Counted from the stretch's first letter, positions 50,600 through 60,651 are shown. The stretch: 64,000 bases of DNA from a candidate division FCPU426 bacterium (GCA_963796105.1 CAWCKJ010000004.1:928001-992000); one strand, 5' to 3'. The notes: a model not told the origin generated them from the letters alone. Program-made: numbers and translations.

Positions 50600-52738
50600 A
50601 TGAACCAGCGTCATAAGCCAAAACAACAGCATAGGAAAAAGGCCATCCCCCGCCCAAAAACGGGAAAAAGCCCGAAAGCCCGCCGTCCCAAGCCTGGATA
50701 CCGTCCTCCCCAATCGCGGACTCCAGCGCGAAAGCATCCTGCCATCCGCCACCCGGAAAGCGAGGATGTTTACCGCTCGATCATCGATAACATGCAGGAC
50801 GGGTTCATCCGCACGGACATGGAAGGAAATATCATTCTGGCAAATTTCTCCGCCTTGAGCCTGTTGGGAGTTGATTCCTTGGAGGAAATCTGCCTGGCGG
50901 ATATGAGGAAAAACTTCTACGCGGACCCAGAGGACAAAAACCGGGTATGGAATGCATTGATGGACCATGGGATTTTCCGGAATTTCGAAACCACCCTCAA
51001 ACGGAAGGATGGAAGCCCTATGTTTGTATCCTCCACGGCCCGGGTCGTCCGTGACGGCAAGGGCAAACCCATCGGCATCGAGGGATTCTTCAGGGACATA
51101 TCGGAACGCAAGCGGCAGGAGGAGGAGACCGCCAAATCCGGGCAGTGGCTTCAAATGGTGCTGGACCATTTCCCGGGGCTGGTTTTCGTCAAGGACCGGA
51201 ATTCGGTGATACTGGGGTGCAACAAGTATTTCGCGGAGTCGGCTGGGAAATCAAACCCGTCGGAGGTCGTTGGCAGGACCGACTTCGAGATGGGTTGGCC
51301 GAAGGCTGAAACTGACCGTTTCCGGGCCGACGACCGCGAGGTGATGGAAAGCGGGAACCCGAAGCTGGGCATCATCGAGCCGCTGACCCGCCAGGACGGG
51401 CAGTTCGCCTGGCTGGAGACCAACAAGGTCCCCTTAAAGGACTCGAAGGGCCGGGTGGTCGGCATCCTCGGGACGGCGCACGACATCACCGAAAAGGTGA
51501 AGGCGCAGGAACTCCGCATCGCCAAGGAATCCGCCGAGGCCGCCACCAAGGCCAAGAGCCGCTTCCTGGCCCACATCTCCCACGAGATCCGGAACCCCAT
51601 GGTCGCCATTCTCGGTTATTCCCAGCTCCTGGATCGGGACACCTCCTTGACCCCCCAGCAAAAGGAATACCTGGGAATCGTCAACCAGGCGGGGGCGCGC
51701 CTTTTGGAACTCATCAACGACGTATTGGAAATGGCCAAGATTGAAACCGGGCGCTTGGAGTTGAAAAACCACCCATTCCATTTACTGAGTGTCATCAAGG
51801 AAGTCTCGGAACTGATGAGGGCCCGGACCTGGGAGAAGAAATTGGAATTCCGGACCGAGGCCGCCTCGGGCTTGCCCCGCCAAGTGACCGGCGACGAGGC
51901 CAAACTGCGGCAGATTTTCCTGAACCTCCTTTCCAACGCGGTCAAATTCACGGATAAGGGAAGGATCACCTGGCGGATCGGCACACGCCGCGAGCCTGGC
52001 GGAAGCAGCGGGAAGATCCGCCTGGTTTGCGAAGTGGAGGATACCGGCATCGGGATCACCCCCAAGGACCAGGAAAAATTGTTCCATACTTTCCAGCGGG
52101 GCGACTCGCCCGGCGCGGCAGGGAAGGAAGGGACGGGCCTGGGGCTTACCATCAGCCGCCATTTCGCCCGCCTGATGGGCGGGGACATCACCCTCAAGAG
52201 CGAGGCGGGAGCGGGCAGTTGTTTCAAGGCGGAGGTGGTCCTCGAGGAGAACGAGGATTTGGGCGCCGTGTCTAAACCCCGCGAGTCGTTTCCGGTGGTC
52301 CGGATCAGGGCCGGCCAGGGTCCTTACCGGGTCCTGGTGGCCGACGATAAGCCGGATAACCTGCTGTTGCTGAGGCTGATGCTGGAACGGGTCGGTTTCC
52401 AGGTCCGGGGAGCCTCCGACGGGAAAGAGGCGGTCGCGGTGTTCGGGGAATGGTCACCCCAGCTTGTTTTCATGGACCTGGGGATGCCGGTGATGGACGG
52501 TTTCGAGGCCGCCCGGCTCATCAAATCCCACCAGGCGGGAAACCAAACCGTGATCGTGGCCGTCAGCGCGAGCGTTTTCGAGGAGGAGCGCAACAAGCTG
52601 AAGGAATACGGCGTCGAGTGGTTTCTCCCAAAGCCGTTCCGGGAGGAGGAACTTTTCCAAATGATCGAAAAATGCCTGGGTGTCCAGTTTGAGTACGGCC
52701 CCGAAGACCCGGGCGGCCCCCCAAAAAGCGAGCCTTAA
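50600..52738 (+). CDS. Cytoplasmic hybrid histidine kinase (PAS-PAS-HisKA-HATPase-REC)
   Basis: Two PAS/PAC, 'SHEIRNPM', 'NLLSNAVKFT', 'DTGIGI', 'GTGLGL', REC 'LVADD..FMDLGMP..KP'. Confidence 0.92.
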   Translation: MNQRHKPKQQHRKKAIPRPKTGKSPKARRPKPGYRPPQSRTPARKHPAIRHPESEDVYRSIIDNMQDGFIRTDMEGNIILANFSALSLLGVDSLEEICLADMRKNFYADPEDKNRVWNALMDHGIFRNFETTLKRKDGSPMFVSSTARVVRDGKGKPIGIEGFFRDISERKRQEEETAKSGQWLQMVLDHFPGLVFVKDRNSVILGCNKYFAESAGKSNPSEVVGRTDFEMGWPKAETDRFRADDREVMESGNPKLGIIEPLTRQDGQFAWLETNKVPLKDSKGRVVGILGTAHDITEKVKAQELRIAKESAEAATKAKSRFLAHISHEIRNPMVAILGYSQLLDRDTSLTPQQKEYLGIVNQAGARLLELINDVLEMAKIETGRLELKNHPFHLLSVIKEVSELMRARTWEKKLEFRTEAASGLPRQVTGDEAKLRQIFLNLLSNAVKFTDKGRITWRIGTRREPGGSSGKIRLVCEVEDTGIGITPKDQEKLFHTFQRGDSPGAAGKEGTGLGLTISRHFARLMGGDITLKSEAGAGSCFKAEVVLEENEDLGAVSKPRESFPVVRIRAGQGPYRVLVADDKPDNLLLLRLMLERVGFQVRGASDGKEAVAVFGEWSPQLVFMDLGMPVMDGFEAARLIKSHQAGNQTVIVAVSASVFEEERNKLKEYGVEWFLPKPFREEELFQMIEKCLGVQFEYGPEDPGGPPKSEP

Positions 52739-53324
52739 TCCGATAAGCGGGTTTTAATTCCTAATTTCTTATGCTGGCTTGCTTTCCGATCATCGGAAAT
52801 CCTCAACCATTCTCCGAATAAAATTATATGGCTCTCTCTGAAATGCTTAATACTCTGTAAAATACCGGACAGATATGTATTTTTGTGCCTTCGGAAATTT
52901 CCGAGCTTCTTATTAAACTTTCAGAGCGAAATGACCAAGCAACTGAAGTGAGACTTGATATTTTTATCCCAATAAGTCCGACTTTATAAAAAACGCTCAA
53001 AATTTCAGAACGAAATTCAGCGGGTTTTATTTTTTCCTCAACAACTTCACGTGCTTTTCCATACAATAAATCACTTCGAGCTATATCATTCACTGCGATT
53101 TCCAAACACAAATCAAGGATTTGCTCATCTGTAATTTCCAAAGCAATAAAAAATGTTGAACGTCCTTTTAGAATTTTCGCCGCATAAAATAGCAGTTGCG
53201 GGTAATCACCGAACCATTCGTCCGCAAGAGAACGAAAACGCGATTCGGAATATTTTGCTTCTGCGATTCTTATCGATGCTACGCTAATTTCAGGATTACC
53301 TAAGGAAGCTTCAATACAATAATT

Positions 53325-54736
53325 CACTGCTGTCCTAGATAAACCTATTTGTCTTTGAACCTCCCAGGAAAACAAGCGATTTAGGACAGGCTCGTGAATT
53401 TTCTGGGATAAGCCCCCCTCTTTCGTCCTGATGCTGTCCAAATTAAGAATGTATTAATTCCATCTGCTTTTCCAAGGGTTCCAGTCTCGCCACTAGGAAC
53501 GGTGCATCCAACCAGGCCCACAAATCACGATAGGTCAACAGGTTCATCCGTAGCATGGCAGCCAAGTGGGATAAACTCCAGGCGATCCGGCTCTTCAATT
53601 GAAGGAACTTCAACAGTAGCATGGCAATCAATGCTGTCCAAATCTGCGTCTGAACGGCATTCTCAGTGGTACCCACAAAAGTTTTTACCCGGAGGTTCTG
53701 CTTGAGAGCCTTGAAAAACAACTCGATCTGCCAACGTTCCTTGTAAATGGCACCCACCGTCGAGGCGGCAAAACCCATGTGGTTGGTCAGGAACACCAAC
53801 TCCCGCTTCTGGTCTTCGTCCCATACCACCACCCGTCGCATCTCTTTAGGGTAGGCTTCATGTGACCGAAACGTCGTCAACCGTATCACCTGGTCCTTCA
53901 GGACGTTGCCCGTTTTCGGAACCGTCAGGCTTTTCACCACCTCGTAGGCCATGTTGATCTTGGCCCGGGTCACCCACCACACGCCTTGGAATGTCCATCG
54001 GGCCAGAAGAAAGAAATCCACATACCCCCGATCCATCACCACGATTGAATCCACTGGAAAATCGAGCTTTTGGGCCACCTTCACGTCATGCGTGCCTCCC
54101 TCCGTTACGAGTCCCCAGCAGGGCAAGTACCCCTGATGGTCCAGCAGAAGATGGAGTTTGATGGCCCCTTTGGTTCTACGGAATTTCGCCCAGTCGAACA
54201 CTGACAAACAAAGGTCGATGGTGCTGGAATCCAGGCTATAAAGAGGATTTTTAAACCTGAATTTTCTTTTTGAGGTGGCCGCCAACAACTGGCACTTCGA
54301 TAATAAATGGTAAAAAAGCTTTTGTTGAACCCGCCAAGAACGCTTGGTGTTGGCATAGGCCAAGGTGGATTTAGTGGGAGCTTTGCAAAGACCCAAGTGG
54401 GTCAATTTCCCAAGGGCCGTACTGAGGCCGCCACAGATTTCCCTCAAGGAATGGGCTGCTCCCATCTGGCAGAAAAGCATGGAAACAAACTGATCCCAGC
54501 AACTGAATCCCTTGGAGTGCTTTTCGGCTTCAATCTCTCGCACGATTCGCTCAAAAGCGGTTCGGTCTACGAGTTTCAACACTTGGGCAAATAGACTGGT
54601 TGGTGGTACCATAAAAAAGCGCCTCCGTATGTTTGAAGTAGCGACGGCTGGTAACCGTTGCTTTGGGCTGTCATCAAACCCAATTCTACTTCAATCGGAG
54701 GCGTCTTTTTTTAGGCCTTTATTTAGGACAAGAGTG
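53325..54736 (-). mobile_element. IS4-family insertion sequence (1412 bp)
   Basis: IRs CACTGCTGTCCTAGATAAA / CACTCTTGTCCTAAATAAA; 9-bp TSD ACAATAATT at 53316-53324 and 54737-54745. Confidence 0.93.
53443..54612 (-). CDS. IS4-family DDE transposase (DUF4372 N-terminus)
   Basis: 'FSCWDQFVSMLFCQ..SLREI', 'LDSSTI', 'MDRGY', 'YKERWQIELFFK'. Confidence 0.93.
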   Translation of the reverse strand: MVPPTSLFAQVLKLVDRTAFERIVREIEAEKHSKGFSCWDQFVSMLFCQMGAAHSLREICGGLSTALGKLTHLGLCKAPTKSTLAYANTKRSWRVQQKLFYHLLSKCQLLAATSKRKFRFKNPLYSLDSSTIDLCLSVFDWAKFRRTKGAIKLHLLLDHQGYLPCWGLVTEGGTHDVKVAQKLDFPVDSIVVMDRGYVDFFLLARWTFQGVWWVTRAKINMAYEVVKSLTVPKTGNVLKDQVIRLTTFRSHEAYPKEMRRVVVWDEDQKRELVFLTNHMGFAASTVGAIYKERWQIELFFKALKQNLRVKTFVGTTENAVQTQIWTALIAMLLLKFLQLKSRIAWSLSHLAAMLRMNLLTYRDLWAWLDAPFLVARLEPLEKQMELIHS

Positions 54737-55939
54737 ACAATAATTAAAAAATTCCAAAATATCTCTTGGCCTATTTAATGTCATCCTACCCAGATATTCA
54801 TCAATTGGGATTTTTACGATATGTTTTGGAAATATATCTATCCATGAAACATCACTTTTTTTATATCTATGACTTATAAGTTTTCTTATTCTTAATTCCA
54901 ATAATTCTAATAGTTGTTTATCTGACCAGCGGATATTTAGAAAAAAACTTCTATATTTTTCTTCTTGAAAACCAACTTCTCGGGTTAATCTAATAACCCT
55001 TTCCAGTAAATCTTGTCTTAAAGCAATAATTACTTTTAAGCCAGGGACCCGTGAAAAATCACGTGCATTTTCTATCAATGCTTTTATTAGTTTAAATCTT
55101 AATTTGTCATCAACCCAATCCTCATCTAACTTATCAATAACAACAAAGTGTCTTGGCAAACAGTCATTGAAATATTCATCCGTTAATATTTGAACTACTT
55201 CATTTAATTCGGCAATTTGGATCTGATCGATAACTTTTTGGGCTTTATGAAGAACTTCAGATTTAGTTTCTACCGCAAAAGAATTTTGAGCTTCTATTGA
55301 AGTTTTTAGTTTTGATAATTCAGCGCCTATTTTTGAGTTAATATCTGATTCTAATTTTTCCGTTACTTCTTTTACACGATGCTCTGTTGTTTGCCAAAAT
55401 GATTCACCCCATTGGCGTAAATAATCTAACGCTCTTTCTTTCTTTTTATCTTTTTTAAAAAGTAAAAGAAATGTCGATAAAAAATCATTTTGATCTTTCT
55501 CCGTTCGCATTTTAAATTTCATTTTTATCATTTCGACACAAATAATATGTTTCCATAATAATTTATAAAATAAACTTAAATTCACACCTATTGATTCTAA
55601 AGTCTGCAAAAATTCAGAATCGGCTAAATATCTAAATGAAAGTTCATCTGGATTTAATAATACGGTGAAATGTTCTCTTTGGTTCAATTCTATTAATAAT
55701 GCGGATTTACCAACACCGGTTCTTCCAACAACGATACATTTGTTATCAGAACAATTTATAAGTGTTTGAATATCACCATTATCATAAAAGCAATTTAAGA
55801 GAAATTCTTTATCATCTTCAGCTGCGGCTGCGCCGACACTATCATATTTATTAAACTTAAATTTATCTTTCCGATTTGATGACATTACTTAACTCATTTC
55901 ATTAATTAAGAGAAATTATTTTATACTATTTTAAACTCG

Positions 55940-56925
55940 CATGCTTCTGTATTAAGTGACCCTTGAAATAAAGGAATACATAGGTATACTGTCCGCTACG
56001 GGAGGTGGTACATGAGCTACCAGCGGATGAAAAGCATTAAAATTCTGAGGAAAATCCACACGGAAGAAGAAGCCCGCCAATGGGTGTGGAGATGCCGTTT
56101 CGGCGGGAAAGACTTTGTTTGTCCCCAATGTGAGGGCGAAAGCTTCTGGCAACACCAGGCCAAGCCTGAAGTGAGGGAATGTGACTATTGCCGGAAACGT
56201 CTTCGGCTTCGCGCCGGGACGATTTTTGAAAGCTCCAAGCTGCCTCTTTTAACCTGGGTCAGGGCCATCAGTTTGATGATGCAGGGCAAACGGGGTATTT
56301 CGGCCCTGGAACTGAAGCGGCATTTAAATCTTTCGGATCATTCGGCATGGCTTCTATTGCATAAGATCCGGGAAGGTCTTAGGCAAAAGGACGAAAGCTA
56401 TACTCTAAAGGGCGTCATTGAGTTGGATGGGGCGGTTTTTGGGAAAAAGGCCAAGGAAAACCAAGTGGAAGTCTTGGTGGCGGTGGAAAGCAAGGAATGG
56501 GTGGATGAGAATGGTTGCAAGAAGGAAAAAGCGGGTTTTGCCAAGGTGAAGGTAGCTATGGAAACCAAGTGGGAGAGCCAGGAATTCGTGAATCAGACTA
56601 TGGAAAAAGGCTCTTTCCTCAACACAGATGCTTCGCCAGCCTTGCGTGAACTCAAAGGAGTGGAGGCAGACTACCGGGTGATGGCCAATGACCCGAAAGA
56701 GTTGGAAAGTTGGTTGCCCTGGGTACACCGGTTCATTTCCAACGCCAAGGCCTGGATCATTGGAACTCATCATGGCGTTGATGCTAAGTATTTAGGCCGG
56801 TATCTAAGTGAATATGCCTATCGGTTCAACCGTCGTCATGATCCCGATTCCTTATTTCACCGTGCTTTGACCGCATGTGCCTTAGCAAAACCCATTACAG
56901 CACGGTCACTTTGTGCATAAGCATA
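55940..56925 (+). mobile_element. IS1595-family insertion sequence (986 bp)
   Basis: IRs CATGCTTCTGTATTAAGTGACC / TATGCTTATGCACAAAGTGACC; 8-bp TSD TAAACTCG at 55932-55939 and 56926-56933. Confidence 0.9.
56012..56920 (+). CDS. IS1595-family transposase
   Basis: Zn ribbon CPQC..CDYC, 'GTIFESSKLPL', 'VIELDG', 'GTHHGV..KYL..YL.E..YRFNRR'. Confidence 0.92.
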   Translation: MSYQRMKSIKILRKIHTEEEARQWVWRCRFGGKDFVCPQCEGESFWQHQAKPEVRECDYCRKRLRLRAGTIFESSKLPLLTWVRAISLMMQGKRGISALELKRHLNLSDHSAWLLLHKIREGLRQKDESYTLKGVIELDGAVFGKKAKENQVEVLVAVESKEWVDENGCKKEKAGFAKVKVAMETKWESQEFVNQTMEKGSFLNTDASPALRELKGVEADYRVMANDPKELESWLPWVHRFISNAKAWIIGTHHGVDAKYLGRYLSEYAYRFNRRHDPDSLFHRALTACALAKPITARSLCA

Positions 56926-57123
56926 TAAACTCGAGAATATTTTGACTTGAAAGTCTCTTTAACAGCTACGAATAAATACTTTGACTCACTTATAATAGTG
57001 TAAAAATAAAACATATTCCTGAATTCTAAATTAGGCAATGACTCTTTGAAGTAGTAACTCAAAATTAGGAATTTCTGAGAATTCGGTGGGCAAAACAGGT
57101 AAAAAGGGAACGTTTTTGTGCAA

Positions 57124-57241
57124 AAAATCAGGTTTCACCACATGCCAGCCATCAGTGAAGCTTTTAAAGAGGCTGGTATAGTACCGATTTCATTAACTGT
57201 TTTATGGTAAATCGGCACAGGGACTCAGAGTCTCAGCTAAA
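57124..57241 (-). repeat. Double-hairpin non-coding element, copy C (inverted, divergent loops)
   Basis: Reverse complement TTTAGCTGAGACTCTGAGTCCCTGTGCCGATTT...ATCGGTACTATACCAGCC-N20-GGCTGGCATGTGGTG. Confidence 0.88.
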
Positions 57242-57482
57242 AACCACAAAACTATTGGGTAAAGGCGTAAAAAACAACTCCGAAGAATTACAAACAAAAT
57301 CCGATTCCCTCACATGGCGACTTTCTAAATAAGCCAATTGAAACGGTATAGTCCCACATGTCTTTTCTGACTTATGGAAATGTGGGACAGGGTCTCAGTT
57401 AAGAAAATACCTAAAATTCATGGGGTATAAGCTTCAAAAGAACATTGATGAGGAAAAAATCCGTTTTAGGCACAGAAAACTC

Positions 57483-58643
57483 TCAGTTGGTCACCTGACA
57501 TCCTGCGGTTTTTAACGCGGGTATTTGGGTGTTGGTGGCCGCCGCGCTCAAGGGGTTACCTGTCACGAAGATTTGGGCGGCGTTCGGCCCCAGGCCGGTG
57601 TTGGAAACCAAAGCGGACAAATCGGTTATTAGATTGGACGACAAAACCAGCCAATTGAGTTTTGTAAGGCCGGACAAAACCGTAATGACGCTGATTTGGT
57701 TTGAACTCAAATCCAGCGACGTAAGCTGCGTCAGGGTGGATAAAGGGGAGATATTGTTGATGAGGTTGCCGTCCAAACGCAGGAAGGTCAGGTTGGTCAG
57801 GGTGGATAACGGTGAAAGATTGCTGATTTGGTTGTTGGACAGGAATAGATTGACCAACTGGGTCATCCCGGATATGGGGGAGAGATCGCTGATTTGATTG
57901 GAATAGACATAAAGGCTGGTGAGGTTCGTCATAAAAGATACCGGGGAGAGGTCGCTGATTTGATTATTGTCCACATCGATAAAAGCGAGGTTCGTCAAGC
58001 CGGATAAGGGTGTAATGCTGTTGATTTGGCAGCCCCCCATATAAAGTTGGGTAAGGTTTGTCAGGCCGGATAAGGCCGTGACGGAGCCGATGGGATTGGC
58101 AGTCAAGGTCAGATGTGTCAGGGCCGTCAGGTTCTTGATCGGTGTGAGGTCGGTGATCGAATTGCTATAAAAACTAAGCGATGTCACCCCGGAACAATAT
58201 TGAAGGCCCTCCAGGCTCGTGATGCCTTGGCTGTCGCCGTTCAAATTCTTGAGGGTGGCCAATTGGCAGTCCGTAATCTGGTTGGAAGAAGTGGCCAGAG
58301 CCAGTTTGATGACGTTCAGGAGGTTGGAGTCCGGGATAGTGACGGTCACGCACGTTGTCGGGGTCGCCGTCGGGCTGTGGGTGATAGTCGGGGTTGAAGT
58401 GATTGTCGGCGTAGCTGAAAGCGTAGCTGTGGGGGACGAAGTGGGAGTCATTGAAAACGTCGGGGTTTTGGTTTGTGTCGGCGTCAAAGTGACGGTCGGT
58501 GAGTTGGTCGCCGTGGAAGTGTGGGTCGGTGATGCGTTGCCCGGGGGCTGGGTGGGGGTGGAACTGTTACTACTGCAGGAACTAAACAGGACCGCCGTGA
58601 CGGGGATAAAAAAAACAAAGAACCAAATGGTTTTAGACCTCAT
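57483..58643 (-). CDS. Lipoprotein with Thr/Pro linker and internalin-type leucine-rich repeats
   Basis: Lipobox 'LFSSC'; cap 'IPDSNL..VIK'; 22-aa LRR 'LTNLT.L.L..NQISDLSP'. Confidence 0.88.
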   Translation of the reverse strand: MRSKTIWFFVFFIPVTAVLFSSCSSNSSTPTQPPGNASPTHTSTATNSPTVTLTPTQTKTPTFSMTPTSSPTATLSATPTITSTPTITHSPTATPTTCVTVTIPDSNLLNVIKLALATSSNQITDCQLATLKNLNGDSQGITSLEGLQYCSGVTSLSFYSNSITDLTPIKNLTALTHLTLTANPIGSVTALSGLTNLTQLYMGGCQINSITPLSGLTNLAFIDVDNNQISDLSPVSFMTNLTSLYVYSNQISDLSPISGMTQLVNLFLSNNQISNLSPLSTLTNLTFLRLDGNLINNISPLSTLTQLTSLDLSSNQISVITVLSGLTKLNWLVLSSNLITDLSALVSNTGLGPNAAQIFVTGNPLSAAATNTQIPALKTAGCQVTN

Positions 58644-58794
58644 AGCAGCCCCCTTAAATATGTACGGCCCGTATTTTCAGCTTTGAAACATTATCCATGA
58701 CCAGTCTAAATTCCGATATATCAAAATTTTTATGTGGTTTTCGGAATTTTGGAAAATCAAACGTTTTTCCACCTTCGCGGAAAACCCCGGCTTT

Positions 58795-58853
58795 GCCTTA
58801 TGCTAAATCTTCAGGTGACAGGTTCACCCTACGCTAAAGCTTCGGGTGACTGG
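58795..58853. repeat. Two tandem REP-like units (CCTACGCTAAAGCTTCGG-type)
   Basis: ccttatgctaaatcttcaggtgac and ccctacgctaaagcttcgggtgac. Confidence 0.5.
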
Positions 58854-59007
58854 CCAGAAATGTCAGCACTCAGAAGTAACAGGAACTGATACGGTGGATT
58901 TCGCGAGAAAAGAGGCTTCATCAGCAAATCAGGCTAAAGATTCGTAGGATTAGGCAAGTAAATTTACACCCCCTTTCCTACCATTCTCCCATGACGCGGA
59001 GTTAATA

Positions 59008-60651
59008 CCTGAATTTTGCACCGAGTTTACCGATTCCGTGGCCAGATCGGCCTGAATCGGGACCCGACAGTGGCCATTTTCATCAGAAGTGAACTTATGT
59101 GCAAAGAATTTTTTGCACCAAGCCACTTCTAGGCCGCCCTGGGTCTTTCCAATCGTTTTCGATCAAGGTATTTGAGGAAACCCAATAGGCCCGCTGTCCT
59201 ATCATCATGGATTGAATACCTCACCACATCCCGATGGCCGTGATACTGGATTCGGGCGGCTACAAAGAGCATCTTCAAACGTGCGATCCGAAGGGTATGG
59301 TCCGGCATGGTGATCTGTTCCTTCTCCTGTGGCTTCTTTCCCGGTCGCTTTTCTTTTCCACAATGGCCCACCATTAGTTTCATCCACCTCCAGAGGTTGT
59401 AAGCCAGCATCACGATCTGGAAAAAAGCATGGTGGCTTTGGAAACTCTTAGAGGGAATTGCTAATAACCCCTCCCGTTGCGCCTCACCAATCAGGTTTTC
59501 CACATCCGCGCGCAGGTCGTATTCCTCAACCACCCGATGGGGTGCTCCCAGACAGTTGGTCGCGAAGATTCGGTAGACATATCCTTCCATTTCAGGAAGG
59601 CTCAATTGTTTCTCCCGCGCTTTTTCATCCAGCGTCCTCATCGCCACAAACCGGACTGGTTGTTGCCAGCCTATGGGTTGATGGACACATTCGTTGTATT
59701 CGTGTTCTCCATGGCGGTACCAACCCTTTTTCGTGAAAGGCGGGTCATGCCGCTTGTTCCCGAAGATGAAAGAAAACCCTTCTTTTTCACAGGCTTTCAC
59801 GCTTTCCCAGCCGATCATTTCACCGTCACCGCGCACCAGAATCGTCCGGACACAGGACGGCAAGAGTCGCCGGAATTGTCTAATTTGGCGGGCCACTTCC
59901 TCAGAACTAAGGGTGGTTCCGCGTCTTTGGGTTCCGCACAAATATTCCCGGGTTTCCTGGAGAAAACACAGAATGGGCCTCAGTCCCTTCTTGCCCCGGT
60001 GCTTGGGGTTGTATCCTTTTCGGCTTCCCTCGATATTTCCGTAGACCGTTGCGGTGGTGGTATCGATGTTGATCTCCACCTTCTTGGGGGCATATTTCAC
60101 CTGTCCCCAAACCTTGGCCCGTAACGCCCCACTCAGATTCAGCAACGATGCCGACTGCCCGATCCCCAGCGACCTCAGGTATCTCCAAAAAGTTGTCACT
60201 ACCGGCAACAAGGGAACCCGCAGTAAACCGCACAGCATGACCTCACCCCGCAGGTAGGCAAAATGGCCAAGTCTTTGGAACCCGATGAAAAGAAGCATTA
60301 GGATGCCGCTTACCATCCGGTAGTGGCCCAAATTCGGAAGGCGTTTAGGTGCGGCATAGTGTTTTTTGAATTCCCGCTCAAAATCAAGAAGGTCGAACAT
60401 CTTCGCCAATGCCAACAATCCGCCAAAAGCTGTTAGGCGGTCTTCGCAAATACCTACGGGAGTATTGGCCGTAATCTTGGGCGCGATTCTCCCGTTTCGA
60501 TTGGCTTTTTTCTGGACTTGCGGGTTTGATTTCTGAGGCGTATCTTGACGTTTCACCATCTGGGGGACCCTCTTTTAGGATGAGTTGGCTTCGCAACCCT
60601 TATCCTATAATGGTTTCCTAGATGGTTTTTTTATTAGGCGCAAAATTCAGG
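59008..60651 (-). mobile_element. IS1380-family insertion sequence (1644 bp)
   Basis: IRs CCTGAATTTTGCACC / CCTGAATTTTGCGCC; 5-bp TSD TAATA at 59003-59007 and 60652-60656. Confidence 0.92.
59129..60559 (-). CDS. IS1380-family transposase
   Basis: 'LTAFGGL', 'INIDTT..VYG..EG..GYN', 'VRGDG', 'Y..RA.VEN.I.E'. Confidence 0.9.
   Translation of the reverse strand: MVKRQDTPQKSNPQVQKKANRNGRIAPKITANTPVGICEDRLTAFGGLLALAKMFDLLDFEREFKKHYAAPKRLPNLGHYRMVSGILMLLFIGFQRLGHFAYLRGEVMLCGLLRVPLLPVVTTFWRYLRSLGIGQSASLLNLSGALRAKVWGQVKYAPKKVEINIDTTTATVYGNIEGSRKGYNPKHRGKKGLRPILCFLQETREYLCGTQRRGTTLSSEEVARQIRQFRRLLPSCVRTILVRGDGEMIGWESVKACEKEGFSFIFGNKRHDPPFTKKGWYRHGEHEYNECVHQPIGWQQPVRFVAMRTLDEKAREKQLSLPEMEGYVYRIFATNCLGAPHRVVEEYDLRADVENLIGEAQREGLLAIPSKSFQSHHAFFQIVMLAYNLWRWMKLMVGHCGKEKRPGKKPQEKEQITMPDHTLRIARLKMLFVAARIQYHGHRDVVRYSIHDDRTAGLLGFLKYLDRKRLERPRAA

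Larger units (their letters stand above)
52824..55885 (-). pseudogene. Low-GC P-loop ATPase (Sll1717-like), interrupted by an IS4-family element
   Basis: Walker A GRTGVGKS, Walker B 'VVIDKLDEDW', 'RPRD'; removing IS plus one TSD rejoins 'FFNYC-IEAS' in frame, giving 546 aa. Confidence 0.8.

Noticed and set aside
53325..53441. Independent 205-aa gene starting at 53441
   Set aside because: Its first ~39 codons are IS4 end sequence; the remainder is the ATPase C-terminus
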